This document shows, piece after piece, positions 19,989 to 29,928 of a stretch of 64,000 nucleotides of DNA; within the stretch, counting starts at the first letter, position 1; each line of letters opens with the position of its first letter. A model generated the notes under the pieces. That model worked only from the letters and a program-made list of their open reading frames with translations, searched no databases and was not told the origin of the DNA. The position numbers and the translations under genes were made by a program. Origin of the DNA: Gemmatimonadota bacterium (GTDB lineage: Bacteria > Gemmatimonadota > Gemmatimonadetes > Gemmatimonadales > GWC2-71-9); assembly GCA_036679605.1 (NCBI GenBank), contig JAZDCZ010000324.1:101375-165374 (forward strand), written 5' to 3'.

Positions 19989-21695
19989 ATGGCAACAGCT
20001 GCGGCTAGCAGTGAGCGCCTCGGCGATCTTCTTGTTCGTGAAGGCCTGATTACGAGAGAACAGCTCCAACAGGCGCTCACAGAGCAGAAGGGCACCGGCA
20101 TGCGCGTGGGCTACACGTTGGTGAAGCTGGGTCTTGTTGAAGAGACCGAGATCACCAAGATGTTGGCTCGCCAGTACCGCATGCCTGCTGTAGACTTGAG
20201 CCGCTTTGAGGTAGACAAGCGGATCATCAAGATGGTTCCTACCGAAGTAGCGGTGAAGCACACGGTGCTGCCGTTGAAGCGTGAAGGTCGGACGCTCACT
20301 GTGGCTATGTCCGATCCTACCAACATGAGTGTTGTAGACGACCTCAAATTCATCACGCGGTACGACATATTTCCGGTGATCGCAGGGGAGTACACGCTCA
20401 GGACAGCCATCGAGAAATACTACGAGCAGACGGACGCTCAGCTACAAAACCTTCTGAAAGATATTGAGGAAGATGAAGATCTCGAAGTAATCGAGGAAGA
20501 AGAAGACGAGGAGGCACCGACCCAGGTTGCCGACGATGCACCTGTTGTAAAGTTGATCAACGGAATCTTGACAGATGCTGTAAAGCGCGGGGCTAGCGAC
20601 ATACACGTCGAACCGTTCGAGAGCGAAATCCGAGTGCGATATCGGATCGACGGAACCCTACTCGAAGTCATGAAGCCTCCGATCAAGCTGAAAGCCGCTT
20701 TGACGAGCCGCTTGAAAATCATGTCTTCCCTCAACATTGCCGAACGGCGGGTTCCGCAAGACGGTCGGATCAAGCTAAAGATGGCAAAAAAGGTCATCGA
20801 CTTTCGTGTCTCGACACTACCAGTGATCTACGGCGAGAAAATCGTTCTACGAATCCTCGATAAGGGCAACCTTACGCTCGATTTATCCAAGTTCGGATTC
20901 GAACCGCAGGCCGAGAAAGATCTAATGACTGCCATCCTCAACCCCTACGGGATGGTGTTGGTGACTGGACCCACTGGGTCGGGAAAGACCACTACTCTCT
21001 ATTCGGCTCTGTCGCAGGTAAACCAGATAGGCGTAAATATCATGACTGCCGAGGACCCGGTGGAGTACAATATCCACGGGATCAACCAAGTCATGGTCAG
21101 AAACGATATCGGAATGACCTTTGCTGCGGCGCTGAAGGCTTTCCTGCGACAGGATCCAAACATCATTATGGTTGGTGAGATCAGAGACCTGGAAACCGGG
21201 AGCATCGCAATTAAAGCAGCACTGACTGGCCACTTGGTACTATCTACTCTGCACACCAACGATGCTCCTTCAACTATCACGCGAATGATCGATATGGGAA
21301 TTGAGGCGTTCAACGTTGCGAGTGCCGTAAATCTGATCGTGGCCCAGCGTTTGATCCGCCGTATTTGCGCTGACTGTAAGGAGGAGTATCAGTACAGTGA
21401 TGATGAACTGGATGCATTGGGTGTAGATTTGGATGAAGCAAAGGAGATTACCTTCTTCAAGGGTGCAGGGTGCGATACTTGTGACGACACTGGTTATAAG
21501 GGGCGCCAAGGACTGTACGAGGTGATGTTCATGTCACCGGCGGTGCGGCGCTTGGTTTTGAAGGGGGCCTCCACAGCAGATATCCAAGAGCAAGCGGTTT
21601 CTGACGGGATGCTTACCTTGCGGATGGATGGCATCGTCAAAGTAAAAAAGGGTGTTACGACGATAGAAGAAGTAGTGAAAGAAACGGCGGGATGA
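19989..21695 (+). CDS. pilB: Type IV pilus extension ATPase PilB
   Basis: MshEN-like N-terminus (RLGDLLVREGLIT...L..Q), ASDIH, GPTGSGKT, LRQDP, TGHLVLSTLHTND, tetracysteine motif. Confidence 0.95.
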   Translation: MATAAASSERLGDLLVREGLITREQLQQALTEQKGTGMRVGYTLVKLGLVEETEITKMLARQYRMPAVDLSRFEVDKRIIKMVPTEVAVKHTVLPLKREGRTLTVAMSDPTNMSVVDDLKFITRYDIFPVIAGEYTLRTAIEKYYEQTDAQLQNLLKDIEEDEDLEVIEEEEDEEAPTQVADDAPVVKLINGILTDAVKRGASDIHVEPFESEIRVRYRIDGTLLEVMKPPIKLKAALTSRLKIMSSLNIAERRVPQDGRIKLKMAKKVIDFRVSTLPVIYGEKIVLRILDKGNLTLDLSKFGFEPQAEKDLMTAILNPYGMVLVTGPTGSGKTTTLYSALSQVNQIGVNIMTAEDPVEYNIHGINQVMVRNDIGMTFAAALKAFLRQDPNIIMVGEIRDLETGSIAIKAALTGHLVLSTLHTNDAPSTITRMIDMGIEAFNVASAVNLIVAQRLIRRICADCKEEYQYSDDELDALGVDLDEAKEITFFKGAGCDTCDDTGYKGRQGLYEVMFMSPAVRRLVLKGASTADIQEQAVSDGMLTLRMDGIVKVKKGVTTIEEVVKETAG

Positions 21696-21699
21696 GACC

Positions 21700-22833
21700 A
21701 TGACTCCAGAAGCAACTCAAGCAAGCGAACCCATCAACCTGAGGGCATTACTCGAGGAAATGATAGAGCAAGACGCTTCCGACCTGCATATCACAGCGGG
21801 CGAGCGGCCGAAGCTGCGGGTAGATGGCGAAATAGGCAACTCAAAAGTAGAGCATCAGTTGACGCCGAAGGAAACGCTGCAAATAGCGTACTCGGTGTTG
21901 ACCGAAAATCAAAAGAAGCGTTTCGAGACCGAGGATGAGTTGGATTTCTCGTTTGGGATTCAGAATCTCGCCAGATTTCGCGGCAACTGTTTCAAGCAAC
22001 GCGGCTGCGTCTCCATGGTCATTCGGCAGATTCCGTTCTCGGTCAAGACGTTTGATGAGTTGGGATTGGCGCCGGTGTTAGCGGAGTTGGCTGAGCGCCC
22101 ACGCGGTCTCGTGCTCGTGACCGGGCCAACAGGCTCAGGGAAATCGACCACCCTGGCGGCGATGATCGACAAGGTCAACAAGGAGCGGAAGGCGCACATC
22201 ATCACAGTTGAAGACCCAATCGAGTTCATTCACAAACATCAGCAATGTATCGTTAACCAGCGCGAGGTCGGGACCGACACACAGTCGTTCTCGAACGCGC
22301 TGAAATATGCGCTGCGTCAAGATCCGGACGTCGTGTTGATCGGTGAGATGCGTGATCTGGAAACGATCTCGTCTGCCCTGACTATTGCGGAGACCGGGCA
22401 CCTGGCATTTGCGACGCTGCACACCAACTCCGCTGCGGAAACTATCAACCGAGTCATAGACGTGTTTCCTGCGCATCAGCAGTCCCAGGTGCGGGCTCAA
22501 TTGGCGTTTGTGCTCGAGGGAGTCGTCACTCAGACTTTGCTTCAGAAGGCGTCTGGGAGAGGTAGAGTGATGGCGTGCGAGATTATGATCGCAACTCCGG
22601 CTATCCGTGCACTCATTCGTGACGACAAAGTACACCAAATTTATTCTGCGATGCAGGCGGGCAAGAAGCATGGTATGCAAACCTTGGCCGACGCGCTGTA
22701 CGTACTGTACATGTCGCGTGACGTGAGCCTGGAAGAATGTCTGCGCGTGGTGGCTGACCAGAACGAATTTTTGCGGATGGTGGGAGAACCGGTGCCGGGC
22801 GAGGAGGGTGCTGCCATGGCGGGACGACGTTAA
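21700..22833 (+). CDS. pilT: Type IV pilus retraction ATPase PilT
   Basis: ASDLH, GPTGSGKST, EDPIE, LRQDPD, AIRALIR, GMQT. Confidence 0.95.
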   Translation: MTPEATQASEPINLRALLEEMIEQDASDLHITAGERPKLRVDGEIGNSKVEHQLTPKETLQIAYSVLTENQKKRFETEDELDFSFGIQNLARFRGNCFKQRGCVSMVIRQIPFSVKTFDELGLAPVLAELAERPRGLVLVTGPTGSGKSTTLAAMIDKVNKERKAHIITVEDPIEFIHKHQQCIVNQREVGTDTQSFSNALKYALRQDPDVVLIGEMRDLETISSALTIAETGHLAFATLHTNSAAETINRVIDVFPAHQQSQVRAQLAFVLEGVVTQTLLQKASGRGRVMACEIMIATPAIRALIRDDKVHQIYSAMQAGKKHGMQTLADALYVLYMSRDVSLEECLRVVADQNEFLRMVGEPVPGEEGAAMAGRR

Positions 22834-22848
22834 ACGCAGGAGAACCGA

Positions 22849-24039
22849 ATGCCAGTATTCGAATACACGGCGAGAACTGCCAAGGGTGACGAGACAACCG
22901 GAACAATCGACGCAACCAGTAGAGAACAGGTGGTTCAACGGTTGCGCAAAGACCGGTTGGTGGTGGTCCGGGTTAGAGAGAAAAAGAAACAAAAGAAGGG
23001 TGGCCGAGTACCGACGCGCGATGTCGTAGTGTTCACGCGACAATTTGCGACTATGGTGAACTCGGGACTGCCATTGGTACAGGCGTTGGATATTCTTGGT
23101 AAGCAGACAGACAACAAGATCCTATCGGAGGTGACCAAACAAGTCGTCTACGATGTTGAGAGCGGCCATACACTGGCCGATGCCCTGGACAAGCACAAGA
23201 ACGCATTCAGCGGATTGTATGTGAACATGGTAGCTGCTGGCGAGGCCGGTGGTATTCTGGACACCATCATGTTGCGGCTCGCTACGTTTTTGGAGAAAAA
23301 CGACGCCATCGTCCGGAAAGTTAAGGGCGCGATGGTCTACCCTACTGTGATCTTTACCGTTGCGGGAATCGCAATTCTCATATTGCTGATTGTTGTGATA
23401 CCTACATTCCAGGAAATGTTTGCATCGTCAGGTGTGCCTCTGCCATTGCCGACGATCATCGTAATCGGATTGAGTGACTTTCTCCAAGGTTTTTGGTGGG
23501 CCCTGATCATCGGCGGAGTCGTGGCGTTTCTTTCTCTTCGTGCGTATTACGCCACAGACGACGGGCAGTTGGTCATAGACCGTCTATTGCTCAAGACGCC
23601 TATTTTGGGGGATGTCCTGCGAAAGTCGGCGGTTTCCCGTTTCACTCGTACTCTTGGGACGCTGCTGGCGTCGGGCGTATCGATCCTGGACGGTTTGGAA
23701 ATAACGGCTCGAACGGCTGGGAACCGCGTGATACACGACGCAGTGATGGAGTCGCGCGGATCGATAGCCGGTGGTGACACGATTGCCGCGCCGCTGAAGA
23801 GATCCGAGGTATTTCCCCCTATGGTCACCTCGATGATCGCGGTTGGTGAGGCCACAGGCGGTCTTGATGAAATGCTCACCAAGATTGCCGATTTCTACGA
23901 TGACGAAGTAGACGCCGCGGTTGGAACTCTATTGTCGATGATGGAACCGATCATGATCGTCTTCTTGGGGGTGATCGTGGGCGGCATGATTGTGGCCATG
24001 TACCTACCGATCTTCGATATGATACAGACGGTTGACTAG
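22849..24039 (+). CDS. pilC: Type IV pilus platform protein PilC
   Basis: FTRQFATM, AGEAGG, AMVYP, GEATGGLD, EP and MYLPIF (GspF/PilC family). Confidence 0.95.
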   Translation: MPVFEYTARTAKGDETTGTIDATSREQVVQRLRKDRLVVVRVREKKKQKKGGRVPTRDVVVFTRQFATMVNSGLPLVQALDILGKQTDNKILSEVTKQVVYDVESGHTLADALDKHKNAFSGLYVNMVAAGEAGGILDTIMLRLATFLEKNDAIVRKVKGAMVYPTVIFTVAGIAILILLIVVIPTFQEMFASSGVPLPLPTIIVIGLSDFLQGFWWALIIGGVVAFLSLRAYYATDDGQLVIDRLLLKTPILGDVLRKSAVSRFTRTLGTLLASGVSILDGLEITARTAGNRVIHDAVMESRGSIAGGDTIAAPLKRSEVFPPMVTSMIAVGEATGGLDEMLTKIADFYDDEVDAAVGTLLSMMEPIMIVFLGVIVGGMIVAMYLPIFDMIQTVD

Positions 24040-24062
24040 GGAGTTTCACGACATGGGCTAGC

Positions 24063-24101
24063 CAACGGGCCTCACGGACGGAATCAACGTGAGGTCCGTT
24101 G
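24063..24101 (+). terminator. Hairpin after pilC
   Basis: CAACGGGCCTCACG / CGTGAGGTCCGTTG inverted repeat with one G-U pair; weak U-tract. Confidence 0.5.
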
Positions 24102-24184
24102 TGTATCTGGCGGGGCCACACTGTGTCAAGGACATCCGATCGGTATTGAGTCGCTGCAAGTTTATGAACCGCTACCTATAGATC

Positions 24185-25828
24185 ATGCCTTCCACTGAGA
24201 GGCCGGAAACCGGCATAGTGAAAGAGGAACGCTCAACTCGCCTCCCGGGCGCCCAAGGCCTTCTCAGGTGGCTTTACGTCGGGCGCGTGACCCTGGCGAT
24301 CGCGATCTTTATCGCGGCAGCCTTCGAAGCCCAATCTTTGCCCCCGGAAACAATCGTACTTATCGCAGTAGCTGCCATCGCTAGTGTTCTTTTGAGTGGC
24401 TGGGCCTTCTGGTACACAGAAATAAGAGGCCAACCATCGAGTCGGACGTTTCTCTATTCGCAAAGCCTATTCGATGTAGCGCTGGTCACCACGGTTGTCC
24501 ACGTGACCGGCGGACCTGCTAGCCAGTTTCCGGCCTTGTACATAGTCGTCATTGCGGTGAGCGCGGTGCTAATGCCGCTGACGTCGAGCTTACTCATCAC
24601 GACCCTGGCGAGTCTGTTGTACGTCGCCGACATCGTGTGGTGGCAGGACGTGTCAGTGACGTCCGCAGTGTGGTTGCAGATCGCGGTCTTCGTCGGGGTG
24701 TTCTTGGTCACAGGTCTCTTGGCGAGCCGTGCTCAAGTTGCCGAGCGTGAAGCTAGGCGAGCTACGCTCGAGGCGGGAGACATACTACGCAATATCCGTA
24801 GCGGAGTCGTTACCGTAGACGGAGATGGAAACCTCGTGTTCGCAAACCCTGCAGCCAGAGATCTACTGGGGCCAGATATATCGGATACCGGATTCGTTTC
24901 AGCGTTGAGTGACAGAGCACCGGAGCTGGCTCGTCTAATCAAGGCCACTCAACAGCGAAGCCTAGGATCTCTCAGAGGAGACGGCGTGGTACTACGAGAA
25001 GGCCGCCCTTTCCCCATAGGATTCACGATCACCCCTCTAGACGCCGAAGGATCAGCACCTTATTCGGTTGCGGCGATCTTCACTGACATTTCCGACCAAC
25101 GCCGGCTGCAGGAATTGCGCCTCCGGACCGAGCGTCTCGAGGCCGTTGCAGAGTTGTCGGCCTCCCTGGCTCACGAAATAAAAAACCCTCTCGCAACCAT
25201 CCGGTCGTCGGTGGAGCAACTCGGCGTCTCCGAACGATCCAACGACGATGAGCGTATTTTGGTAAACCTGGTTGTGCGTGAAAGCGACCGACTGAGCCGT
25301 CTTCTCACAGAGTTTCTAGATTTTTCGCGGGTGCGCGTAACTAGCTGCCGAACTATAAAGTTATCCGAAGTCGTCAAGGATGCAGTGGTGGTAGTGCAGC
25401 AGCATCCCGACTGTACTGATGGAGTTACGATAGTGGTGGATGCGCAGCCGGTGAAGGTTGAAGGTGATGAGGATCTGTTGCACCGTGTGGTCGTAAACCT
25501 CGTTCTCAATGCGGTCCAGGTCTGTAACGGAAAATGTAGAATAGCCGTCGAACTACGAGAGGCTGAGGCCAGTGAGTTACCGAGAGAGTTTCGGCTCGAA
25601 ACCGGTGTGCTTCTCAAGGTCACAGACAGCGGCCCCGGGATTCCGTCACATCTTCGAGATCGACTGTTCGAGCCGTTCGTTAGCGATCGAGACGGTGGAT
25701 CAGGTTTGGGGCTGGCAATAGTGCAACGCGCTGTCCAGGCCCATAGGGGAGTCATTTGGACGGACTCAGACCCAACTACATTTACTGTCGTGCTCCCGAG
25801 TAAGAGAGCAGCGGAGGTAAATTCGTGA
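24185..25828 (+). CDS. pilS: Sensor histidine kinase, PilS-like
   Basis: About 6 N-terminal TMs, PAS-like region, H-box LAHEIKNPL, N-box NLVLNA, DSGPG and GSGLGL; position in the pil locus. Confidence 0.85.
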   Translation: MPSTERPETGIVKEERSTRLPGAQGLLRWLYVGRVTLAIAIFIAAAFEAQSLPPETIVLIAVAAIASVLLSGWAFWYTEIRGQPSSRTFLYSQSLFDVALVTTVVHVTGGPASQFPALYIVVIAVSAVLMPLTSSLLITTLASLLYVADIVWWQDVSVTSAVWLQIAVFVGVFLVTGLLASRAQVAEREARRATLEAGDILRNIRSGVVTVDGDGNLVFANPAARDLLGPDISDTGFVSALSDRAPELARLIKATQQRSLGSLRGDGVVLREGRPFPIGFTITPLDAEGSAPYSVAAIFTDISDQRRLQELRLRTERLEAVAELSASLAHEIKNPLATIRSSVEQLGVSERSNDDERILVNLVVRESDRLSRLLTEFLDFSRVRVTSCRTIKLSEVVKDAVVVVQQHPDCTDGVTIVVDAQPVKVEGDEDLLHRVVVNLVLNAVQVCNGKCRIAVELREAEASELPREFRLETGVLLKVTDSGPGIPSHLRDRLFEPFVSDRDGGSGLGLAIVQRAVQAHRGVIWTDSDPTTFTVVLPSKRAAEVNS

Positions 25829-27198
25829 ACCAGCGAAGTCCAAAACTTCTCATAATCGATGATGAATCAGCGATTCTGGAAACACTCGGCATCTTATTCA
25901 AGAATTCGGATTTTGACGTGCAAACGGCCCAGGGTGGCAGAGCCGGAATAGAGGCACTGGATTCTTCAACTCCGGACGTTGTCCTCACGGATATAAAGAT
26001 GGCGAAGATATCCGGTCTGGACATTCTGAAGTACGCGCGCGATCTGGATTCAGAGATGCCGGTCATCGTAATGACCGCGCACGCCGATCTTCAGAGTGCC
26101 ATTCAATCCGTCAACGACGGCGCATTCGCTTTCATTCAAAAACCGTTTGAAAACGACCTTCTTGTCAACCAGTGCAGACGTGCGGCTCAAACTCGCGAGC
26201 TCCAGACAGAGAACAAGAACTTGAAGCGAGAAATCCGGCGACGCCAGAAGTCGTTGTCGGTGGAACCACTTGGGAAAGCCAAGCCGTTCTTGGAGGTCAT
26301 GAAGCTCGCAGCGCAGGTGGCGCCGACCGACTCCACTGTGCTGATCTTGGGTCAGAGTGGCACCGGTAAGGAAGTTATTTCCCGTTACGTTCACGAACTG
26401 TCGGAGCGTAGCGACGGCCCCTTCTTTTCGATCAACTGCGGAGCCTTGCCCGAAGGCTTGCTGGAATCGGAACTGTTTGGGCATGTCAAGGGATCGTTCA
26501 CGGGCGCCCATCGCGACAAGGAGGGAATGTTCATGGCTGCCCGTGGAGGAACCTTCTTTCTCGACGAAGTTGCCGAGACGAAACCCTCTACACAGGTGAA
26601 ACTGCTGAGAGTCTTACAGGAACGTGAGGCTCTACCGGTAGGCGGTACGGATCCGGTGCCGGTAGACGTTCGCGTGATAGCGGCCACGAACAAGGATCTC
26701 GAAGAAGAGATCCGCCGCGGGACTTTCCGAGCAGATCTTTATTATCGCTTGAACGTAATCACACTACATCTCCCACCTCTCAAGGAACGTGGGGATGACA
26801 TCGTATTGTTAGCGAAAGCGTTCTTGGAAAAATTCGCTTCGCGGGCGTCCGCCGGCACTAAACATCTCGGTCAGGACACCGTTGACGCGATAATGGCCTA
26901 CGAGTGGCCGGGCAACGTGCGAGAACTCGAGAACGCATTGGAGCAAGCTGCGATCCTGAGTCCGTCCGACGAGATCGGTGTCGATATGTTACCCGCTCGT
27001 ATCAGGAATCCCAAACCACAGCCACTTGTAGCAGATCGTCCGCACGAGAATCCGACGTTGGACACGGTCGAGCGAGCTTACATTAACTGGGTTCTTCAGA
27101 GTGAAGGTGGCAATAAGACGCGGGCGGCAGAGGTGCTGGGTATCGATCCGTCCACGCTCTACAGAAAACTCGCCCGGTATGACGGCGAATCGGAGTGA
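25825..27198 (+). CDS. pilR: Sigma54-dependent response regulator, PilR-like
   Basis: Receiver with phospho-Asp (VLTDIKM), GQSGTGKE, GSFTGA, WPGNVREL, Fis-type HTH. Confidence 0.85.
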   Translation: MNQRSPKLLIIDDESAILETLGILFKNSDFDVQTAQGGRAGIEALDSSTPDVVLTDIKMAKISGLDILKYARDLDSEMPVIVMTAHADLQSAIQSVNDGAFAFIQKPFENDLLVNQCRRAAQTRELQTENKNLKREIRRRQKSLSVEPLGKAKPFLEVMKLAAQVAPTDSTVLILGQSGTGKEVISRYVHELSERSDGPFFSINCGALPEGLLESELFGHVKGSFTGAHRDKEGMFMAARGGTFFLDEVAETKPSTQVKLLRVLQEREALPVGGTDPVPVDVRVIAATNKDLEEEIRRGTFRADLYYRLNVITLHLPPLKERGDDIVLLAKAFLEKFASRASAGTKHLGQDTVDAIMAYEWPGNVRELENALEQAAILSPSDEIGVDMLPARIRNPKPQPLVADRPHENPTLDTVERAYINWVLQSEGGNKTRAAEVLGIDPSTLYRKLARYDGESE

Positions 27199-27208
27199 GG
27201 CTGACCTC

Positions 27209-27940
27209 TTGAGCGTTCCGTCCGATTGGAACGAGATAGTTCTATCGACGATCATTCCGGTTTACAACGAAGAGGAAACAATAGAAGCTGCGGTCAATCG
27301 TCTTCATGATGTTCCCCTACAGCTCGAGATCGTTGCGGTGAACGACGGATCGACCGATTCCAGTGGTGACATTCTCGACCGGCTTCTGGCGTCAGGCTTG
27401 CTATACCGCGTGATTCATCAAACAGGTAACCAAGGTAAGGGTGCTGCAGTGCGGGCAGGTATCGAAGCAGCAACGGGCGACGTGATAGTGGTCCAAGATG
27501 CAGATCTCGAATACGACCCCAGCGAGTTTCCCATGCTACTCGATCCAATACGCACTGGGCGGGCGGACGCGGTTTTCGGCAGTAGATTCCACGCCGGACC
27601 CCGACGCGTACTGTACTTCTGGCACTCGATCGGGAACCAACTCCTGACTCTGCTGTCCAATATGTTGACCGATCTGAATCTCACCGACATGGAGACCTGC
27701 TACAAGATGGTGAGGGCGGACGTGTTAAAAAGCTTGCCGCTCGTGTCGCGCAGGTTCGGAATAGAGGTCGAACTTACCGCGCGACTGGCCCAGTGCGGAG
27801 CCCGCATATGGGAGATGCCGATTACCTACAGCGGTCGCACATATGACGAAGGGAAAAAGATCGATTGGAAGGACGGTGTAGCTGCACTCTGGCACATCAT
27901 CCGGTTCAATCTGTTGAGCGGCAAACGCTCTCGTAAGTGA
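27209..27940 (+). CDS. GT2 glycosyltransferase (polyprenol-phosphate sugar synthase-like)
   Basis: IIPVYNE, NDGSTD, NQGKG, QDADLEYDP, GSRF, DMETCYK, GKKI. TTG 27209 follows GGAGTGAGG. Confidence 0.88.
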   Translation: MSVPSDWNEIVLSTIIPVYNEEETIEAAVNRLHDVPLQLEIVAVNDGSTDSSGDILDRLLASGLLYRVIHQTGNQGKGAAVRAGIEAATGDVIVVQDADLEYDPSEFPMLLDPIRTGRADAVFGSRFHAGPRRVLYFWHSIGNQLLTLLSNMLTDLNLTDMETCYKMVRADVLKSLPLVSRRFGIEVELTARLAQCGARIWEMPITYSGRTYDEGKKIDWKDGVAALWHIIRFNLLSGKRSRK

Positions 27941-29928
27941 GACGGCCGCTCACTCATCTGTTGTGGGTGAGCATAGGAGCCGGTCTCCTAGCTCTGCCAG
28001 CGCTCCCGATAGCTCGTTGGACAAAGGCCCTCGATCAAGGACCCGTGTGGGAGTCACAGATCGAAGCTTGGACCATCGGCTTGCTCGTGGTAGTAGTGCT
28101 GGCGGCGCTGGCCGGACGCATAGTCGGACGCGTTCCGTCGTTGCCGGACAAGCTTCTGAGGCTGCCCCCCGTGTTGTGGGTCATATTGCTTTCCGTAGGC
28201 TTCACTGCCCTCTCGGCATATGCAATGGTGGACGCCTTCTCACGAAACCCTCAGCTCATAGACGAAATGGCTCAGCTGCTGCAGGCCAGAGCTTTCGCCG
28301 CTGGCCGCTTGGCAGCTCCTGTGCCCCAACCACCAGAGTTCTTCCTAATTGCCCAGACCTTCGTGACAGAGGCAGGCTGGGTTTCACAATATCCGCCGGG
28401 TGAGACGTTGCTGTTGGCGGCGGGCATGCGCTTCCACCTGGAATGGTTGGTTAATCCGGTTCTCGGCGGTGTATCGGTGATGCTGGTGTTTGCGCTCGGA
28501 CGCGGCCTCTATGGAAAGAGAACCGGATTGTTTGCTGCGTTTCTGTTTGCGTCCTCGGCGTGGGCTCTGTTCATGTCGGCGACGTACATGAACCACGTAG
28601 CTGCCCTCGTGTTCGCCCTGGCTGCATGGGTTTTGATCCTCACTCCACGGTCGCTGCGGAGAAGGCACATCGTGGCAGCCGGGCTATTTCTTGCTGCTGT
28701 GGCGCTAACGCGACCGCTGGATGCGGTGGTCGTCGCCGTTCCAATATTGCTGTGGTTTGCAACGGGCCGACGGCTAATCTCGGTGGGATGGCTTCTTCTG
28801 GGAGCTGCTCCGATCGGGCTCGTTTGGGGATACATCAACTGGCGAATGTATGGGTCACCGCTGACGCTGGGGTACACCGCTCTGCATGGACCCGACATCG
28901 GGTTGGGGTTCCATATCGATCCGTGGGGCAGGCTGTACACTCCTCTTGTTGGATTGAGTAACATGGCGTCCGCCATTCGAAGACTTCACATCTATTTTTA
29001 CGAGTGGCCTGTTCCTGCGCTGTTGCCACTGGCACTTTGGGCAATTTTTGGCCGACAGCGTACCCGGAGGAGTCTCGTCGTAGCAGGAGGGATCCTTGCT
29101 GGCCCCCTGCTCTACTTCTTCTACTGGCATTCTGGATTTTATCCTGGGCCACGATTCTACTATATAGCAGCCCCGTTCGTGGTGGTGGGGATGGCGCATG
29201 GAGGGCGATGGGTTTGGAAGAGGGCAAGCCGAATGAACAGGGCAGTTAGGATCGACACGGCACTGCTTGCCGCAGCGGCAATCGTAATGGTCTGGGGATG
29301 GGTTGGCCTCCTCCCTGCTCGCTGGAATGCTTATCGGTCACAGCTGGCGGTATTGAAGAGGCACCCCGAACAGGAGTTGGCCCGACTAGGGATACAGAAG
29401 GCATTGGTCATCGTTCCCGAGAGCTGGAGTAGCAGGATCGTTACGAACCTGTGGGGGGTGGGAGCGCCGCCAGGGTTAGTCGAAAGTGTGTTCCGACAGG
29501 CCGACTCCTGTGAGTTATACCATTTTGTTGAGAGAGTGAAGAATGGACAGTTCTTGCCTGGTGAGCTTGCCGATAGTCTTGCAGTGTTCGCGGTGCAATC
29601 CGGAGTGCGTCCCAGGCCGCGGGCGGACTGGCCCGATCCGGCACTGCGGCTTCGGCCAGGCCCGATTCCATCGGATTGTCAAATGGAGATGACGCGTGAT
29701 CTGAATGGCTTTACTCTCTTTGGTCACCTGGCGTGGCGCAACCGGCTGGGCCTGGACTCGGACATCGTGTTTGCGCGCGACCTATATCAATTGAATACGC
29801 GGCTCTTTGCCAGATACCGCGGCTGGCCGGTGTGGCGTTTCGCACCGCCCCAGGGAGACCCGAATGGGCAGCCGGTGCTGACGAAGGTCATGGACATTGC
29901 CGCGCCTCCAGCTGCGTTAGAGAATTAA
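27937..29928 (+). CDS. Multi-TM GT-C-fold glycosyltransferase (ArnT/PMT-like)
   Basis: Many TMs; acidic loop PQLIDEMAQ, SQYPPG, TRPLD and GPRFY; soluble C-terminal domain. Confidence 0.7.
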   Translation: MRRPLTHLLWVSIGAGLLALPALPIARWTKALDQGPVWESQIEAWTIGLLVVVVLAALAGRIVGRVPSLPDKLLRLPPVLWVILLSVGFTALSAYAMVDAFSRNPQLIDEMAQLLQARAFAAGRLAAPVPQPPEFFLIAQTFVTEAGWVSQYPPGETLLLAAGMRFHLEWLVNPVLGGVSVMLVFALGRGLYGKRTGLFAAFLFASSAWALFMSATYMNHVAALVFALAAWVLILTPRSLRRRHIVAAGLFLAAVALTRPLDAVVVAVPILLWFATGRRLISVGWLLLGAAPIGLVWGYINWRMYGSPLTLGYTALHGPDIGLGFHIDPWGRLYTPLVGLSNMASAIRRLHIYFYEWPVPALLPLALWAIFGRQRTRRSLVVAGGILAGPLLYFFYWHSGFYPGPRFYYIAAPFVVVGMAHGGRWVWKRASRMNRAVRIDTALLAAAAIVMVWGWVGLLPARWNAYRSQLAVLKRHPEQELARLGIQKALVIVPESWSSRIVTNLWGVGAPPGLVESVFRQADSCELYHFVERVKNGQFLPGELADSLAVFAVQSGVRPRPRADWPDPALRLRPGPIPSDCQMEMTRDLNGFTLFGHLAWRNRLGLDSDIVFARDLYQLNTRLFARYRGWPVWRFAPPQGDPNGQPVLTKVMDIAAPPAALEN

